DNA of 64,000 bases from positions 544,457 through 608,456 of the forward strand of contig CM119265.1 of the NCBI GenBank assembly GCA_051294375.1. The letters run 5' to 3'. Positions within the stretch are counted from its first letter, which is position 1. Each line of letters opens with the position of its first letter. Positions 25,485 to 41,249 of this stretch are shown here, one piece after another. Under the pieces are notes generated by a model. That model saw only the letters and a program-made list of their open reading frames with translations. It was not told the DNA's origin and searched no databases. The DNA comes from Paraspadella gotoi. Its lineage: Eukaryota > Animalia > Chaetognatha. The position numbers and the translations under genes are program-made.

Positions 25485-25668
25485 AACAAAAGGCGGAGCC
25501 AGTAGTCGCTTAGATTTCATTTTTAACAAATGAGCAACAAACTAAAGGCAAGTTATAAGCGTTTTTAACATAAGTGGGGCAGACTGACGGATAGACATAG
25601 CGACGGACCGACTGACCGAAAAGTGACTTATAGAGTTGCTCCGCGAGTACTCGCGGCGCAACTAAAAA
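25485..25668 (-). mobile_element. Short second-family HINE-like element (related copies 23908-24065 +, 28610-28680 +)
   Basis: Minus strand ttttagttgcgccgcgagtactcgcggagcaactctataagtcacttttcggtc, with a 5' hairpin and gtcc-type repeat, matches 23908 ttttagtttcgcttcgagagctcgaggagcaactttataagtcacttttcggt. Confidence 0.55.
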
Positions 25669-25919
25669 CCATCTCATCTCACTCAAGCAGGAAAAATAGT
25701 TGTAATGGGTGAAAGGCTGAGTTGAGAGAGAGAGAGAGAGACGGGGATTGGGGGGCGCATGCAAATAGGAAAAAGGAAGAGAGTGAAGAGGGAGAAAGAA
25801 GATGATAAATTTTCTGACCAAATTGAAATAATATATCGAATCGAATCAAAGACCGAGAAAAACTTTTTTCAAGAACAAAAGTTAATTCTTGTTGAGTATT
25901 CCTCTCTCTCTGTCTCTCC

Positions 25920-25968
<49 letters not shown>

Positions 25969-26490
25969 GTTCTCTCACTCTCTGTCGCAGTCTCCTTCTC
26001 TTTCTCTTTCTCTTTTTCTTTCTAGCGGCAAAAACGGATTGCATCCAACTTGAGTGAAATAATAAAGAAAAAAGAAAAAGTTTTCCTTCTTTTTTAAAAA
26101 GATTTCCTCAAAATGGCACAAATTGACTGGGAAAAGAGGTGGAAGGAGAAAGAAGAGAGAGAGAGAGGGAGGAAGAGAGAGAGAGAGAGAGAGAGAGAAG
26201 AGAAAGAGAGAAGAGAGGAGAGAGATGAGAGAAGAAAGAGAGAACGAAAGAAGAGAGTTATTATGTCTTATCATCAATTTACAATACCAACCGCGTCTTA
26301 TTTACCCAAAAAGTTGTAATACGTCGGCCTGACTATTTTAATCGCATAGGTTTAAAAATATATAGTAGGTTATGAGTTTTTTAAATATAAATTTGTTTTT
26401 ATGTTTAGGTTATAAATGAGTTTGTTTATCTTCATTTAATTTTATATTTATTTAGTTTTTAGTTTTTTTGTGTTTTGCTTGTTCTCTCTC

Positions 26491-26553
<63 letters not shown>

Positions 26554-26690
26554 CTTCTCTCTCTATCAACTCTCTTTCTGTCTCTCCTCTCTCTCTGTCT
26601 TTCCCGAGCAACATCCAAACACGACCTCGTCGTCGTAATTTTTCACCGTGCGCCGATTTACCCAATGAAAAAATCGTTGAGAGAGAGAGA

Positions 26691-26746
<56 letters not shown>

Positions 26747-26925
26747 GAGAGAGAGAGAGAGAAAGGAGAGAGAGAGAAAAAAAAGAAAGAAAATAAAAAA
26801 AAGATCAAAAACACAAATTAGAGAAAAAGAAAAAAAGGAAAAAAAAAATTAATTCAAAATTTTTTTTTCTTAAATTCGAAGCCAAAAGAATTCCATGGTT
26901 TTTGTGGGAGATTTATCTCTCTCCT

Positions 26926-26967
<42 letters not shown>

Positions 26968-26982
26968 CCTCTCTTCGTCTCT

Positions 26983-27017
<35 letters not shown>

Positions 27018-27278
27018 CTCTTCTCTCTCTCTCTCACTTTCTTGCGCAAGGTTCGTTCTTGAAATCAATGCAAATGGTTGAGGTGCAAATTTCCTCCAAA
27101 TTCTCGGATTTTTTTTTATTTCGTGATAAAATCTCAATTTTTTTTCCTTTTAATTTTATTTTTTTGTTAAAATAAGAAAGATGTTTTTTTAAAGTAAGTT
27201 AAAGACATTTTCAACATTTTATAAAAGTCCGGATAAACTACGTTATAACCTTATGATTTTAAAATTAAGACATCAAAT

Positions 27279-27905
27279 AACAGGTTTGAGCAAACAATGT
27301 CGGATCTGCCTACGATAATTAAGCGGTAATCAGCTAATCAGATAATAAATCACGATAATACTTTCAATTTGTGATCCTAACTGATCATAACATCATACTA
27401 TCAAATATCAAACCAACCCAGTGGCTGCGCCTTGTAAATCGCTGGCAAGGGATTAAACTGAACTGTTAATATGGTGCAAACAAATATTTATTTTAAATAT
27501 TGCGTCATTTTTTTCACTTGATTCATTTTTTAAACTTGCATCATTTTTGAAACTTGCATCATTTTTTAAATTTGCATCATTTTTTAAACTTGCATCATAT
27601 TTTAAACTTAATTAATTAATTAAAAAATAAATAAAAATATTTATGAGTGAGCATAAATGATAAAAATTCAAGTCAACTTGACTTTGCTTTTTTCAATGCA
27701 AACTCTTTTCCACTCCTCGATTCCATCGGAACTTCATGTCCTGCTCAATCACACACTTTCCTACCCACACACAAAATTTAATTTCAATCTATCAATCCAA
27801 TTATGATTAATACAATTAATTACGGGTTAAAATTAGTAAAAAGATTCATGTAAAAGTGACTTATGTTTTTTCCATTTAAACCCATTTCCACTCGCACGAT
27901 TCAAT
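27279..27905 (-). mobile_element. DINE-1/HINE-like element, partial copy running into a 30-bp minisatellite
   Basis: gagcaaacaatgtcggatctgcc end and the cgattccatcg...ctcaatcacacactttcctacccacacacaaaatt internal unit are shared with 20366-21206. Confidence 0.6.
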
Positions 27906-28275
27906 CTTGTTGTGGTGTTTGCTGCTGCATCCTTACTATGGCTTCTGCTGCTGTATCTCCTGTTGTGGTGGCTTCTGATGCTTCATCTCCTGTTGTTGTG
28001 GCTTTTGCTGCTGCATCTCCTGTTGTTGTTGCTTCTGCTGCTGCATCTCCTGTTGTTGCGGCCTGTGCTGCATGAAATGTTGTTGTGGCTTCCGCTGCTG
28101 TATCTCCTGTCGTTGTGGCTTTTGATGCTGCATATACTGTTGTTGTGGCTTCTGATGCTGCATCTCCTGTTGTTGTGGCTTTTGATACTGCATCTCTTGT
28201 CGTTGTGACTTTTGCTGCTGCATCTCATGTTGTTGTGGCTCCTGATGCAGCATCTCTTGATGTTGTGTCCACATC
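27905..28275. repeat. 30-bp minisatellite (tgttgtggcttctgatgctgcatctcctgt), ~12 units
   Basis: Directly visible. Open in several frames (QQKPQQQEMQ, VVASDAASPV). Confidence 0.92.
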
Positions 28276-28364
28276 TGCGGCTTTTTTCTTAAGTAATAAA
28301 ATCCTCTGCTTCTCTTGATATAAAAACTTCGCGATAAAAGAAGCGAAAATAGCATCAAGTCATT

Positions 28365-28477
<113 letters not shown>

Positions 28478-29834
28478 CTTTCTGCAATACGCCTGTTGTT
28501 GCCGCGTAATCATTGTAAAAGATATTGTTGCCCGTTAAAAGCTCATTACTTCTCAGTTGATCTTTTTTCATTAACTTCTTTTTTTTTCTTTTACAACAAG
28601 ACTATTTTTAATTTCGGCGCGATTAATCGCAAAGAAACTCTATAAGACACTTGAGTTTCGGTCCGTCGGTCCGTCTGTCACTCGATCTATCTCTCTCTTA
28701 TTCTAAATATGCTTAACTTTATGAAATTGGTATAACTAATCAGTATAAAAGGTGATAGACAGACGCGGGTCTATTATAAAAATTGACCATTCATTTAATT
28801 ATTTTATTCATTTAATTATATTTAATTTAAGTAGATGTATAATATGATGCTTTAAATGCAGTCACGTGATAACTGAAAATAAGATCACATCATCAGAAGT
28901 TTTAGGCGGCATAATTTATATAATACTTATTCATTTTAGTCATTATTTGATAAGTTTGTAATAAAATAAGATAAAATATTATGTTTCAGACTTCTGTATA
29001 AAAAAATGGGTTTTATTAATACTTTTTTAGTTGATGCTTTACAGAAAAAGTATGGTTTTAGTAAAAATTCTTTTTTTCAGTTGATACTGTTTAGAAATGC
29101 ACCTAAAATAGTTACTATGGCGCAACATTTAAAAATTGTTTAATTTTTTTACTTATAAATTGTCTTCTTTTTTTTACTGTTTCTTTTATTCTATATTTAC
29201 ACATATGATTATCGGTGTAGAGATATGGCGTTGCCATTTCTTTTGTTTTGCTTGCCATTTTGTTTTGCCATTTATTTGCCCTTTTTTGATAAATGGCGCT
29301 TTTACCTTTTCTTCGGAGATTTCATTTCTCTTCTTTTTTTACCAGATATTTCGGCCCAGGAGAAACTTTTCTCAGCTCGTCCAAAAAAGGCTTTTTAGGA
29401 TGAGGTGAGGCCACCCTCACGTCAAGGTCACGTCAATATTTTGCCATGATACCGTTCCCAGTTATCCTCTACTAGACATGAGCCCACCAAGAAACTACGA
29501 CGAGAAAGACTTGTGGACGGACTCGTGGCACAATAGACTCAGGCAACAGACTTGTGGTCCCCGCCTTTAGACCACACTCGTGTGACATTCTCGTCGATAT
29601 TTTATGATATAAGAATTCCATAGAAATCTACATGATGATTATCATACTATCCCATACTGTATCATATAACCTCTATCTGGAACAAGTTTTAAAATTTTTT
29701 GATATAAAATTAAATTTTAGACATAAAATTACAATTTCTCACAATAATTGTCCTTCAGAAAAAAATATTAAACTTTTATATTTTAGATTCTTAAATCTTT
29801 ATTTTATTTTCTTTCTTTTTTATTTATTAACTTT

Positions 29835-30915
29835 TCTTTTCCCTCTCTCTCCTTTCCTCTTTTCTTCTCTCCTCTTCCCCTTCTTTTCTTTAATCACTTT
29901 TCTTTCCCTCTCTTTTCTTACCTCTTTTCTTCTCTCCTCTTCCCCTTCTTTTTTTAATCACTTTTCTTTCCTTCTCTTTCCTTTCCTCTTTTCTTCTCTC
30001 CTTTTCCTCTTCTTTTCTTTAATCACTTTTCTTTCCTTGTCTTTCCTTTCCTCTTTTCTTCTCTCCTCTTCCCCTTCTTTTCTTTTATCATTTTCTTTCC
30101 TCTCCTTTCCTTCCTCTTTTTTCTCTCCTCTTCCCCTTCTTTTCTTTAATCACTTTTCTTTCCTCTCCTTCCTTTCCTCTTTTCTTCTCTCCTTCTTCCC
30201 TTCTTTTCTTTATTCACTTTTCTTTCCCTCTTTCCTTTCCTCTTTTCTTCTCTCCTCTTCCCTTTCTTTTCTTTAATCGCTTTTCTTTCCTTTCTTTCTT
30301 TTCCTTTTTTTTCTCTCCTCTTCCCCTTCTTTTCTTTAATCACTTTTCTTTCCTTTCCTCTTTTCTTCTCTCCTCTTTCCCTTCTTTTCTTTAATCACTT
30401 TTCTTTCCTTTCCTTCCTTTCCTCTTTTCTTCTCTCCTTTTCCCCTTCTTTTCTTTAATCACTTTTCTTTCCCTGTCTTTCCTTTCCTCTTTTCTTCTCT
30501 CCTCTTCCCCTTCTTTTTTTATCACTTTTTTTCCCTCTCCTTCCTTTCCTCTTTTCTTCTCTCCTCTTCCCCTTCTTTTCTTTAATCACTTTTCTTTCCT
30601 TTCCTCTTTTCTTCTCTTTTCTTCTCTTTTCTTCCCCTTCTTTTCTTTCCTTCTCTTTCCTTTCCTCTTTTCTTCTCTCCTCTTCCCCTTCTTTTCTTTA
30701 ATCACTTTTCTTTCCTTTCCTCCCTATCATCTTTTCTTCTCTCCTCTTCCCCTTCTTTTCTTTAATCACTTTTTTTTCCTTTCCTTCCTTTCCCCTTCTC
30801 TTCTCTCCTCTTCCCCTTCTTTTCTTTAATCACTTTTCCTTCCTTTCCTTCCTTTCCTCTTTTCTTTTCTCCTCTTCCCCTTCTTTTCTTTAATCACTTT
30901 TCTTTCCTTTCCTTT
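29835..30915. repeat. ~55-60-bp polypyrimidine minisatellite anchored on ttaatcacttttct
   Basis: The anchor recurs at regular intervals through ~1.1 kb of C/T sequence. Confidence 0.9.
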
Positions 30916-31094
30916 CTCTGTTTACGTCTTCTTTCTTTCCCTTTTCCTTTCGCGGTCTTGTTCAGGAACATCAGGCGAGCCGTGCCTCACGCCTCCTCCT
31001 CCTCCTCCTCCTCCTCCTCCTCCTCCTCTCCTTTCAAGATCTGATATTCGATAAAAAAGAAGAAAAAAGACGAATCGAGGATTAAAGTGATGAA

Positions 31095-31480
31095 TGAGGT
31101 TTCATTCATCTCTTCGTTCATTCCAGTGTCTTATTCATATATCTCTTCGTTCATTCCTGCGTCTCATTCATTCATCTCTTTGTTCATTCCTACGTCTCAT
31201 TCATTCATCTTTTCCTTCATTCCTTCCCCTCATTCGTTTATTCCTTCGTCTCATTCATTCATCACTTCGTTCATTCCTATGTCTCATTCATTCATCTTTT
31301 CGTTCATTCCTTCCCCTCATTCATTTATTCCTTCGTCTCATTCATTCATCACTTCGTTTATTCCTTCGTCTCATTCATTCACTCCTTCTTTTCCTTATTC
31401 ACTCTATCGTCCATTTATTCATTCATTCATTCATTCATTCATTCGTTCATTTTTTCTTTTATTCATTATTTCATTCGTTC
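31095..31480. repeat. Degenerate ~27-bp repeat (tctcattcattcatc..ttcgttcattcct) merging into (TTCA)n
   Basis: Directly visible. Confidence 0.85.
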
Positions 31481-32121
31481 ATTCTTTCCTTCAATTTATA
31501 TTTCAATATTTTTTTCAATAATAGTTTAATTAAGCATACATTATACATTATACATTTGCTAGATTTAGTAGTTTAATACACTTTTTTACTTTTTACATAT
31601 ATTCCTTTATTAATTAATCTATCGTTTATTTTTTTATGTTTTACCATAACATTAATTCTCTTCTGAATTTGTTTATTGATTCATTATTTGATTGAGTCAT
31701 TCTTTCATTCTTTGATTCTTTTTTATTGCGTTATTCATTTATTTATTTAATTATTAATTTAATAATTTATTTATTAATTTATTTTTTCATTTATTTATTT
31801 TTTTATTTTATTTAATCTTTTATTCATTTATTTTCTCATTATTTCATTCATTCATTCATTCATTCATTCATTCATTCATTCATTCATTCATTCATTTATT
31901 CTCTCAAAATAAATCTTTATTTTTCATTTAATTCATTATATTCCTCTTCATTCTATTCCTCTTCATTCTATTCCTCTTCATTCTCACCTCGTAATCATTT
32001 CCTCCCCCAGTTTCTGATTTCCTCCTTCACCTTCTTTTCCTCCTCCTCCTCCTCCTCTTACTTCTCCTCCTCCTCCTTCTCTTTCCTTCTTTGCCTCATC
32101 CTCTTCTTCCGCGCCCGGGTT

Positions 32122-32152
<31 letters not shown>

Positions 32153-32228
32153 CTCTCTCTCTCTCTTCTCTCTGCATCATGGCTGTGATCCGTGAGGAAC
32201 TAGTCGTTCACGACTCTCTACTCTCTCT

Positions 32229-32264
<36 letters not shown>

Positions 32265-32659
32265 TTCTCTCTCTCTCACTCGCAATTTTCTTCCTGAAAA
32301 CCGAATTTTCTTAACCGGATTGTTTGTTAATATTTTTTTGTGTATACAATAATAGTACGTTATACTGTTACACCGGTTGTTAAAACAATCAACGCAAAAT
32401 TAAACAATTTTCATTTTTTTGAAACAACAACAGAAAAAAGAGTAAAACGAAATATTTAAAAATAAATAAAACAACAACAACAAAAAAACTGAGACAACAA
32501 TCTCCAAATTCTAGTCTTGAATGAATAAATATTAAATAACAATAATTGAAACTAATTTGAAAGAGAATTTATGATGCACAAATAATAACGCAAGATCAAA
32601 ATAATAACCATATGGATTCCCTTTGGGAAGAATTATTGGGAAACTGCATAAAAATGTAC

Positions 32660-32693
<34 letters not shown>

Positions 32694-32929
32694 TATGGCG
32701 AGTATAATTTTGTTATCGAGCCTTGACCGGCGAAGCCGGGTCAGGCCCTATAATGTTTTAGGGTTGCTTCTTTGTGAGTCGTCGTCGTCGTCGTCGTGGT
32801 CACGCTGTTTTCATATATAAAAACTACTACGCTTTTATAGGTTTGGCTGTGACTTACCGTTTTTTTTTAAAATAAAAATTATTATGAATTATGATAAAGT
32901 TTTACAAAAGTGTGCGATCATAGTAAGTT

Positions 32930-33215
32930 AAAAATTTAGATATGGCTTTTCATCTTGAAATAGCTGTGATATTTTCATATTACATTGGATTTATGTATTT
33001 TTGTTTTGAATTTCCACTTCATTATGATTTACTGCAATATGCAAATGAGATTATAGTACTCATTATAATATCCAAAATTAGTATATAGAAATGCTTTAAG
33101 CTAATTTACATATTGCAGTATATAATATTGAAGATGAAATTCAAAAAATTTTTTTTTAAATTTCTAATAAAAATGGGAACTCAAAGGATTTTTTTAATGA
33201 GAAGCTATATCTTAA
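32930..33215. repeat. Imperfect palindrome / foldback MITE-like element
   Basis: Nested inverted pairs: agatatggcttttcat / atgagaagctatatct, ttttgaatttc / gaaattcaaaa, tactgcaatatg / catattgcagta. Confidence 0.65.
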
Positions 33216-33344
33216 TTTTAATACAAAATAAAAATAAAATCTTTTTACAAGCTGCGATTGGAAAAAATTGGAAAAGTTTCCAATTGTAAACCATTGTAAC
33301 ATTTTTTGCCTTTCTTTTATTTATTTTTATATTATATATATTTT

Positions 33345-34530
<1,186 letters not shown>

Positions 34531-35092
34531 AAAATAACTTATAATGCAGGCAATGTCACATGTACATCAGCTTGCTGCTTGTACATATAGCTGCTATATG
34601 TCCGCAATTGCCGGTATTAATTTAATTACATATATAACTTTTCTAAACAAAAAAATTTTGTTGTTTTGTTTATTACTGTAACTTTGGACCGTTCGGCCCA
34701 CTATTGGCAAATTATATCTAAAATAGGAGTTAGAGAAGAGAGATATTGTCAAATTAAACATTACTTTTTTTGTTATTCTAATAATTTTACAATTTAAAAT
34801 TGTAAATTTTTTTAGTGTATATATTTAATCATTTTTATTCTTTTTTAAAATAATAATTATTTGAGTTGGGATAAATATTATTAAATTAGTTAAATATGCA
34901 AATATGAAAATTTGACCTCGGTCTGGTTTCTTCTTAAAAAAAGAACATCTAAAAATTTCATTCAAAGGAAAGGAAAAGAGTTTCGGTCCCTACTCAGATA
35001 GTCGAAAAACGAGTCAGCTCTGCAGGGCGGTCCAGCTTCTGATTATACTTATATAAACGAGAGTGAAAACTGACCGCAGCCTCTCTCACTCT

Positions 35093-35130
<38 letters not shown>

Positions 35131-35164
35131 TTCATTCATACACGCATTTGTTTGTTTTATTTAC

Positions 35165-35382
35165 GATGAATGACTCATCGCGTCAATGAATGACTATCAT
35201 CGCATCAATGAATGATTATCATCATATCAATGATATGATTATTCATCACATCAATGAATGACTATCATCGCATCAATCATTTGATTATCATCACATCATT
35301 TATTTTATTATCATCGCATCAATTATTGGTTATCATCCCATCAATATTTGGTTATCATCGCATCAATATTTTGGTTATCATC
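35165..35382. repeat. ~22-bp tandem repeat (tatcatcgcatcaat...)
   Basis: Directly visible, with gradual drift along the array. Confidence 0.85.
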
Positions 35383-37362
35383 AAAAGTAGGCTCGATTTT
35401 CCTTATGCTTTTAAGATTTTTTTTTAGCTAAGTACGACCCATTATAAAAATTAACATATCTTGCGTTTTTAAATCAAAGTCACTTTTTTTGGTGGTAACT
35501 GCAATGGGCATCAGCAAAATCAAAATGAGTTAATAGCAACACTGGTCAGGTCAGTTCATGAAGATATTCTTTAGTTTAAATTAAATATAAAATATCGATT
35601 AGTTGATTTTCTCTTGTCATATTTAAATTCCGTTTATTAGTTTTTAGGATTTTTAATTTATTTTCATGAAATTAATATAAAAAATAATTAATATAAATTA
35701 TAATATAATATTATCTATACATTTAATAAATAAGCTTGACCCTGACCTTTGAATGGCTATGGTGGTATAAGGCTTCCATCACTCTTACAAGATAATGACA
35801 TTGTAAGTCATTTTCATATTTTTTTCTTTTTGGTTGTTTATTTGATTATTTGTTTTTCTTTCTCTAATTATTCTTTGTTCTTTTCTCTTCCTTTTCTTTC
35901 ATTATCTTTTCCTTTGTTTTCCATCGATTAAATTATTTTTTTCTCATTTATCTTATTTTTTTTACGTTTTTTTATTTTTCACTCATTTTCACTTTTCATT
36001 TTTCAAATTTTTTTTCTCTTTTATTTGAAATTTTTGTCTGATGCTCAGTTCAGTATTTTTTTAAAGTTGAGTACAACTTATCTCAGATTCTAAAAAACTT
36101 ATCTTTATAAGAATTATCCATTTTGGACTGGCTTTGGTGGTTTAAGGCCTCCATCACTCTTACAAGATAATAACATAGCAGGTACCTACAAGCTGTAAAC
36201 CGCCTTGGGGGTATGGCAAACCTTCAAGCCTGGTTTCAAGCCCATGGACCCGTTCCATGGCTGCTATTGGGGGTTATAGAAGTTACGGACAGTCATCTTC
36301 TGCCCACCTTGCGCCTTATCAACATTTATAACATTTGTAATAATTGTATAAAATGTCAGCTCTCTTAAGTATTAGATCGTGGAATACTAAATTCTTATTT
36401 TTATAAAATATATTCTTTCCAAAATCTTATTTCTAGATATTCAATTGATTCTTATTGTACTTATTTTCATATTTCATATTTTTATAAATTTCCTCTTTCT
36501 CTCTTTTTTCCAGTTTTACTTCTCATTCCTTAATTATTTCCTCTTTAGTCTCATTCTTTTTTAACATTTTTTTACTTTCATTATCTTTTCATTATTCTCT
36601 TTTTTAGCCATAATTATTTTTCTCTATAATTATTTTTACTACTTCTTTTTTTCCTTTTTTATTAACAAGAAAAACTCAACTTTTTAGCTTCAATTTTAAC
36701 CTCAAATTCTTTTTTTTTCTTTTTTTTTTTTGCCTCAATGTTTTTCTCTTCTTTCCATTTTTTCTCATCGTTTTTGAGTCTTTCCTTCCCAATCACCCAT
36801 GAGAGAGAGAGAGAGAGAGAGANNNNNNNNNNGAGAGAGAAATAGAGAGAGAGAGAGTGAGAAGCTAGTCATTGGAATCAGCACTTTTTCCCTCCATTGC
36901 GGATGATCCCTCTTGTTCCTCTTCCTCCTCTCCTTAGCTTAAATGAAGGTTTTCTTCTTCCTCCTTTTCGCTCTTCCTCCTCCCATAGAGATTCGTGTCC
37001 TGGTTTCTTTCCTCTGATTCTAATTTAAGACTCTTTACTTTTTAATCAGCTGTTGATAAGAAATCTCTTTTCTTTTCTTTTCTTTTCTTTTCTTTTCTTT
37101 TCTTTTCTTTTCTTTTCTTTTCTTTTTTTTCTTTTAATTTTTCTTTTAATCAGACGTTGAATGATTTAAACAAGAAATCTTTGACTTCATTTCCGAAAAT
37201 TGGAGAAAAGAAAAAAAAAAGAAAAGTTCAGATTAGTTTCAGATCTTTTTTTATTTTTTTTCCTTCTATTTCTTTTTATTTGATTTGAAGTTAAACTTTT
37301 CATTCTTTTGAATTCTTTGGTAATTATGAAAGTTTGGAACTTGATCAAGTCCGTAAATGTGT

Positions 37363-37420
<58 letters not shown>

Positions 37421-38330
37421 TCTCTCTCTCTCTGTCTGTCTGTTTCCAGTGACGATAAAAATAAAAAATTGAATTAACAGACAAAAACAATTAATAAGTA
37501 AAAACTGTTTTCTCAACTTTGTAATACTCTTATCTCTTATCTCTTTTTCCTCTCTTCCTTTTCTTTTTCTTTCTTTCTTTCTTCTCTTTTCTTTTCCTTT
37601 CTTTTTCCTTCTTTTCCTCTCTTTATTTTAATTTTTTTCCCCACTATCTTCTCTTTCTTTCCCATTCTTTTTCCCCACTTTATTCTTTTTTCTTTTCTTT
37701 ATTTTTTCCTTCTTTCTTCTCTTTTCTTTTCCTTTCTTTTCCCAAGTTTCTTCTCTTTTTTTTCCCTTTTTTTCCCCTCTTTCTTCTCTTTTCTTTTCCT
37801 TTCTTTTTTCCCTCTCTCTTTTCTTTTTTTTCCTTTCTTTATTCCCTCTTTCTTCACTTTTCTTTTCCTTTCTTTTTCTCCTCTTTCTTCTCTTTTCTTT
37901 TCCTTTCTTTTTTCCCTCTTTCTTCTCTTTTCTTCTTCTTTTTTTTAATGTTTCATTTTATTTTCTATCTTTTTTCTTTTTTTTCCTTTCTTTTTTTCCT
38001 CAGTTTTATGGTCAAGTCTGACGATGACCAAAATCTCCATGAATACACAAGTGAAGTGAAAAAAGATGAGGATCACAGAGAATGAGGCTGTGAATCTTGA
38101 TGGTAACGATGACCATCATCATTTCACAATTTTTCACTTCACATCTCATTAAATCACGAAACTTATCCAACATTTCTACGAGCACGAGTCACTATACAAA
38201 ACGACCGACTAATAATTCCGACTGACCGATATGTTGATCCAGTGGCTGCGAACCAATCTGTCTCTAGTGACCGAAAAATGATCGTGAAAAAAACCGCTGG
38301 CTGATTTTGACTGAAGGCTTGCTTCCCACA

Positions 38331-38474
<144 letters not shown>

Positions 38475-39159
38475 TCCCACACTGAATGTCTAGTCCTCTC
38501 TCTTTCAGCTTTTCTCCCACGATTTTTGAGAAGGGTCGAAAAAAAAAACATGGAAACTCGACCAAAACATGACAAAACATGGAATGTTAAACGAGAAGAA
38601 ACATGTTAGAGAGATTAAAGATAAAAAACCCGACATGAAACATTTTTAGAGAACAAGACCGGAGAGCAAGGCAAAAACTAAAGGAAAGCAAGTGTAAGGA
38701 TAGAAAAAACATGGCATGGTGAAGGACGAATGGTTTCGGTATAGGTAGAGTAGTAAAAGTTTTAAAATCGACTATACTAAAATTATAACTAAATTTGTAG
38801 TCTTGCATTGCATAGGTTCACCCCGCTTATAAGCATGTCACCTTTACCTCACTGACCATTAGGGTTAGGATTCCCAATGGTGCCTACCCTGCGGGAAGCG
38901 TGAGGAAAGCCATAAACTGCCTTGGGGGGCATGGAAAACCATCCAGCCTGGTTCCAAGCCGAGAAACCCTTCCCTGGCTGCTCAGGGGGCATAGAAGATA
39001 CGGATAGTCGTCTTCAGTCCACTTGGCACCTTATCCTAACCTTGAAATTAGGAAAATTAAACGAATATAAAAAAGCTAAAAAATTACAAACAAGTAAATG
39101 ATATAATTTTTAACAAAAAAAAGAAAAATTTGACTTTAAGAAATCTCTCTCTTACAATT

Positions 39160-39208
<49 letters not shown>

Positions 39209-39349
39209 CCTTCTCTCTCTTCTTCCCTCCCAATTATTGTTTATTTATTTTACAATCTGTATCAATCATTTGATATAAAAATATTCATCAGTTTTTCTTA
39301 TTTCTATTTCTAGACAAAACATAAAACTCTAAGTAATATCCAAAATCAT

Positions 39350-39526
39350 ATGAAATTGGTACAACCAATATAAAAATTATCCATTCATTTAATAAATAAG
39401 CTATCTTGCCCCTGACTTTGGACAGGATTTGGTGGTTTAAGGCCTCCATCACTCTTACAAGATAATGACATAGCAGGTCCCTGCAAGCTTTCAATCAAGA
39501 CTCTCTCACAGTCTCGTTTATTCACA
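39350..39526 (+). mobile_element. Partial copy of the atgaaattggtacaac MITE family
   Basis: Near-identical to 14998-15177 and 45835-46010 (ggcctccatcactcttacaagataatgaca...tcaagactctctcacagtct). Confidence 0.75.
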
Positions 39527-39662
39527 TATATAATAAGTCTTTTTTTGCTTCATTGTCTGTCTTTTTTTTATATGAAAAAAATTTTATTGGTCTTTTAAAA
39601 ATATTTTTCTTATATATTATCAACATTTTAATCTAAATTGATGAAGGCTTTTCTTATTCATT

Positions 39663-39719
<57 letters not shown>

Positions 39720-40663
39720 TCTGCTTTTGCAGTCACGTCAATGACCGGCCATTTAATAGCGTCATTGACCACACATCTTAAATCTTTCCTTTTTATGACC
39801 TTTTCTGTGATCTCTTTCTTTCTTTCTTTCTTTTTTTTTAAGACTCTCTCTCTCTCTGAGCCTCGTCGGTCAAGAAAAGATCAAAGTTTTGATAAAAATC
39901 TCGTAATATATTTCTTCTTCGTTTTGGAAGCTCGATTTGTAAAAAGAAATCACTTTACAACCTAACAAATTATTTGCTTGATAATTTTAAAATTAAGTAA
40001 GTCAAAATGATACTATGTACCGAACACAAATCATTATTCAGGCTTTTTGTATTTTGACAAAGTTAGCTTTTGGTACAATGATTTAATTTTTAAAGCATTT
40101 ATTAATTTATTAATTAGGCTCGAAATGTTTAAACATTAACTATCAACTCTATAACCAATGATCAATAAAAAGTTGCTTATTTACAACCAACTTATTTAGA
40201 GTTCATACATTACTACTCAGTATTTTATTAAATATTGATGAATACTCACTTATGAAATTGGCACAACCGATATTGAATTATATATTCATCTAATAAATAA
40301 ATTAGACAAACATTTTAAAGCGCATATAAAACTTGAGTATATTTCACATAAGTTCGAAATAATCTAAAATATCTAAACGTCTGAATAAAAAAGGGTTGAG
40401 GGGATAATTTGGTAAGGGAAAAAGGTTATATTATTTATAACGAATTAAAACAATGTTTTTTAATATTTTAATCTAGTTTATTCTATTTTTTTGTTTTTTT
40501 GTTTTTACTTATTTATTTTTGTTGTTGTTGTTGTTTATTCTAGCGGCGACGATTTGTCTTGGAAAGAAAATCTGCGGTGAAATTCTGAGCCAAAAATCGA
40601 AAAGGTTTTTGGCTCGAGATCGGATGATGCTCTATGGGGAGATGCGTCTCTATCTCTATTTTA

Positions 40664-40828
<165 letters not shown>

Positions 40829-41061
40829 CTCTCTTTTTAGCCTGCTCTCTCTTCCCTCAAAAATATTTCTTTCTCTCTCTCTCTCTTCCCCTTTCATTTT
40901 CTTCTTTTCCCTTCATCTTTTAATTCGTCCTAAAAAAAACCATAACAAGAAATAAAATGATGTTCGTTAGTTAGTTTTACATGGATTATTTAGTTTTTTT
41001 GTTTTTTTTTCCATTGTACTTCTTTCTATATACAGATTTTTTTATATTAATGATACTGTTA

Positions 41062-41198
41062 AATAATAAATGTAATTTCATTATGAGGTACTATGAATTG
41101 GGAAAAAAATTAAGTCAAAAATATTTTGTTATGTATTTTACATAACATCATAAGTGGAATTTATAGTAAACCTCATAATGAGATTACATTTATTACTA
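41062..41198. repeat. Hairpin inverted repeat
   Basis: taataaatgtaatttcattatgaggt.ctat is inverted as atag...acctcataatgagattacatttatta. Confidence 0.7.
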
Positions 41199-41249
41199 CT
41201 TATACTCCCTGTGAAAGGAATGACACTCAAAGAGATATGACTTTGTTTA

